DNA of 64,000 bases from the human T2T-CHM13v2.0 reference genome, Homo sapiens. The position numbers and the translations under genes were made by a program. Shown piece by piece: positions 44,000-64,000 of this stretch. Positions within the stretch are counted from its first letter, which is position 1. Every line of letters begins with the position of its first letter. A model generated the notes under the pieces. That model worked only from the letters and a program-made list of their open reading frames with translations. It was not told the origin of the DNA and ran no database searches. The stretch is from the NCBI RefSeq assembly GCF_009914755.1, contig NC_060935.1; one strand, written 5' to 3'.

Positions 44000-44591
44000 A
44001 TGATTTATAAACATTTTTAATGACTGTGTTAAAAAACCATCATACAAAAAGAAAAGAAAGTTGTTTTCAACTTAAAAAAAATCCTTATATAATGTACCAC
44101 TCATCTGGGATATGCTTCTGGGAGGGGGACACTCCCTGCTTGGGCTGCAGCAGAAGGCAGTGGGGAGAAAGTCTTAAAGTTCTGGGAGTCAGGCTAGCCC
44201 CTCCTGCAGGTGTCCTCATTGCCACTTCTTGGTCCCTGTGGTCAAGGTTCAAAGTGCCAAAAGACCCACTGATCGAACCTGAGACTGTTGAGATGTCCTG
44301 TTCCCAACAGAGAGTATCTGAACTCCAGAAACTTCCCTCTCAGGCCTCCACTCCCCCCTCCTTTGTACTGTGCATCCTACTCTGACTTCCGTGGCTGGGG
44401 CAGATCAAATGTACATTCTCAGTGTCCCCTGGTAACAACCTCTCCCTTGCCTCTGATTTGCGAGGCACAGACAAAGCTGACAAGGCCTTCTTCCAGGAGG
44501 CTGCTCTGCTTTCTCCTCTCCTACCCCAGCTTTTGGCTCCTGGCTTCTCTGGAAAGCCACAGGACTCCACCAGCTTCTCTCTGCCAACAGT
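44000..44591 (-). other. P4HA3: P4HA3 3' UTR (end approximate)
   Basis: Unique sequence from the stop codon to the ATTAAA signal, ending just before a MER2 element. Confidence 0.7.
44016..44021 (-). terminator. Candidate P4HA3 polyadenylation signal (ATTAAA)
   Basis: tttaat on + is ATTAAA on -, with U-rich upstream sequence. Confidence 0.65.
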
Positions 44592-63732
<19,141 letters not shown>

Positions 63733-64000
63733 CTGGAAGAAATCAGAGCAGGGAATATAAAATAGGGATTAACAAATACTGGCCCCAGGGAGTGCCACCA
63801 AGGTTTCCTCCAGCTTCACTGCTGCACAGGATGGGCAAGTGGATCTCCTGAATAACTCCTCATGTCAACACACAGGAGGATGCAAGGCCCTCACTCCCAG
63901 AAGACTACCTGGTATTTTTTTAAAAGACTGACTTGATCCTGGTAGATCTGAAGGTGCAAAGGGTTTTGGGAAGCAAAGTGGAACTTAAAACTCTTAGGCC

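Overview
Human-type (primate) genomic DNA carrying the 3' portions of two convergent protein-coding genes. PPME1 (PP2A methylesterase PME-1) lies on the + strand with its last ten exons at 2548-~32050. P4HA3 (collagen prolyl 4-hydroxylase alpha-3) lies on the - strand with its last eight exons at 63732-~44000. Both were reconstructed exon by exon with GT-AG boundaries and continuous reading frames; exon and residue numbers come from my recollection of the full-length proteins. The rest is intronic or intergenic and dense in transposons: two young 5'-truncated L1PA2-type elements, about 16 Alus, old L1/L2/MIR, MaLR and ERV LTRs, and the DNA transposon fossils MER85, MADE1, MER2, MER20, MER5A and MER44. 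I see no novel multi-gene system. The most unusual unexplained structures are (1) a ~410-bp, ~94%-identical inverted duplication of apparently unique DNA in a P4HA3 intron, carrying an RFX X-box, with one copy set in AT-rich filler between two broken transposons, and (2) a 94-nt near-perfect hairpin in PPME1 intron 11. Repeat subfamily names were assigned by eye and need RepeatMasker/Dfam confirmation.
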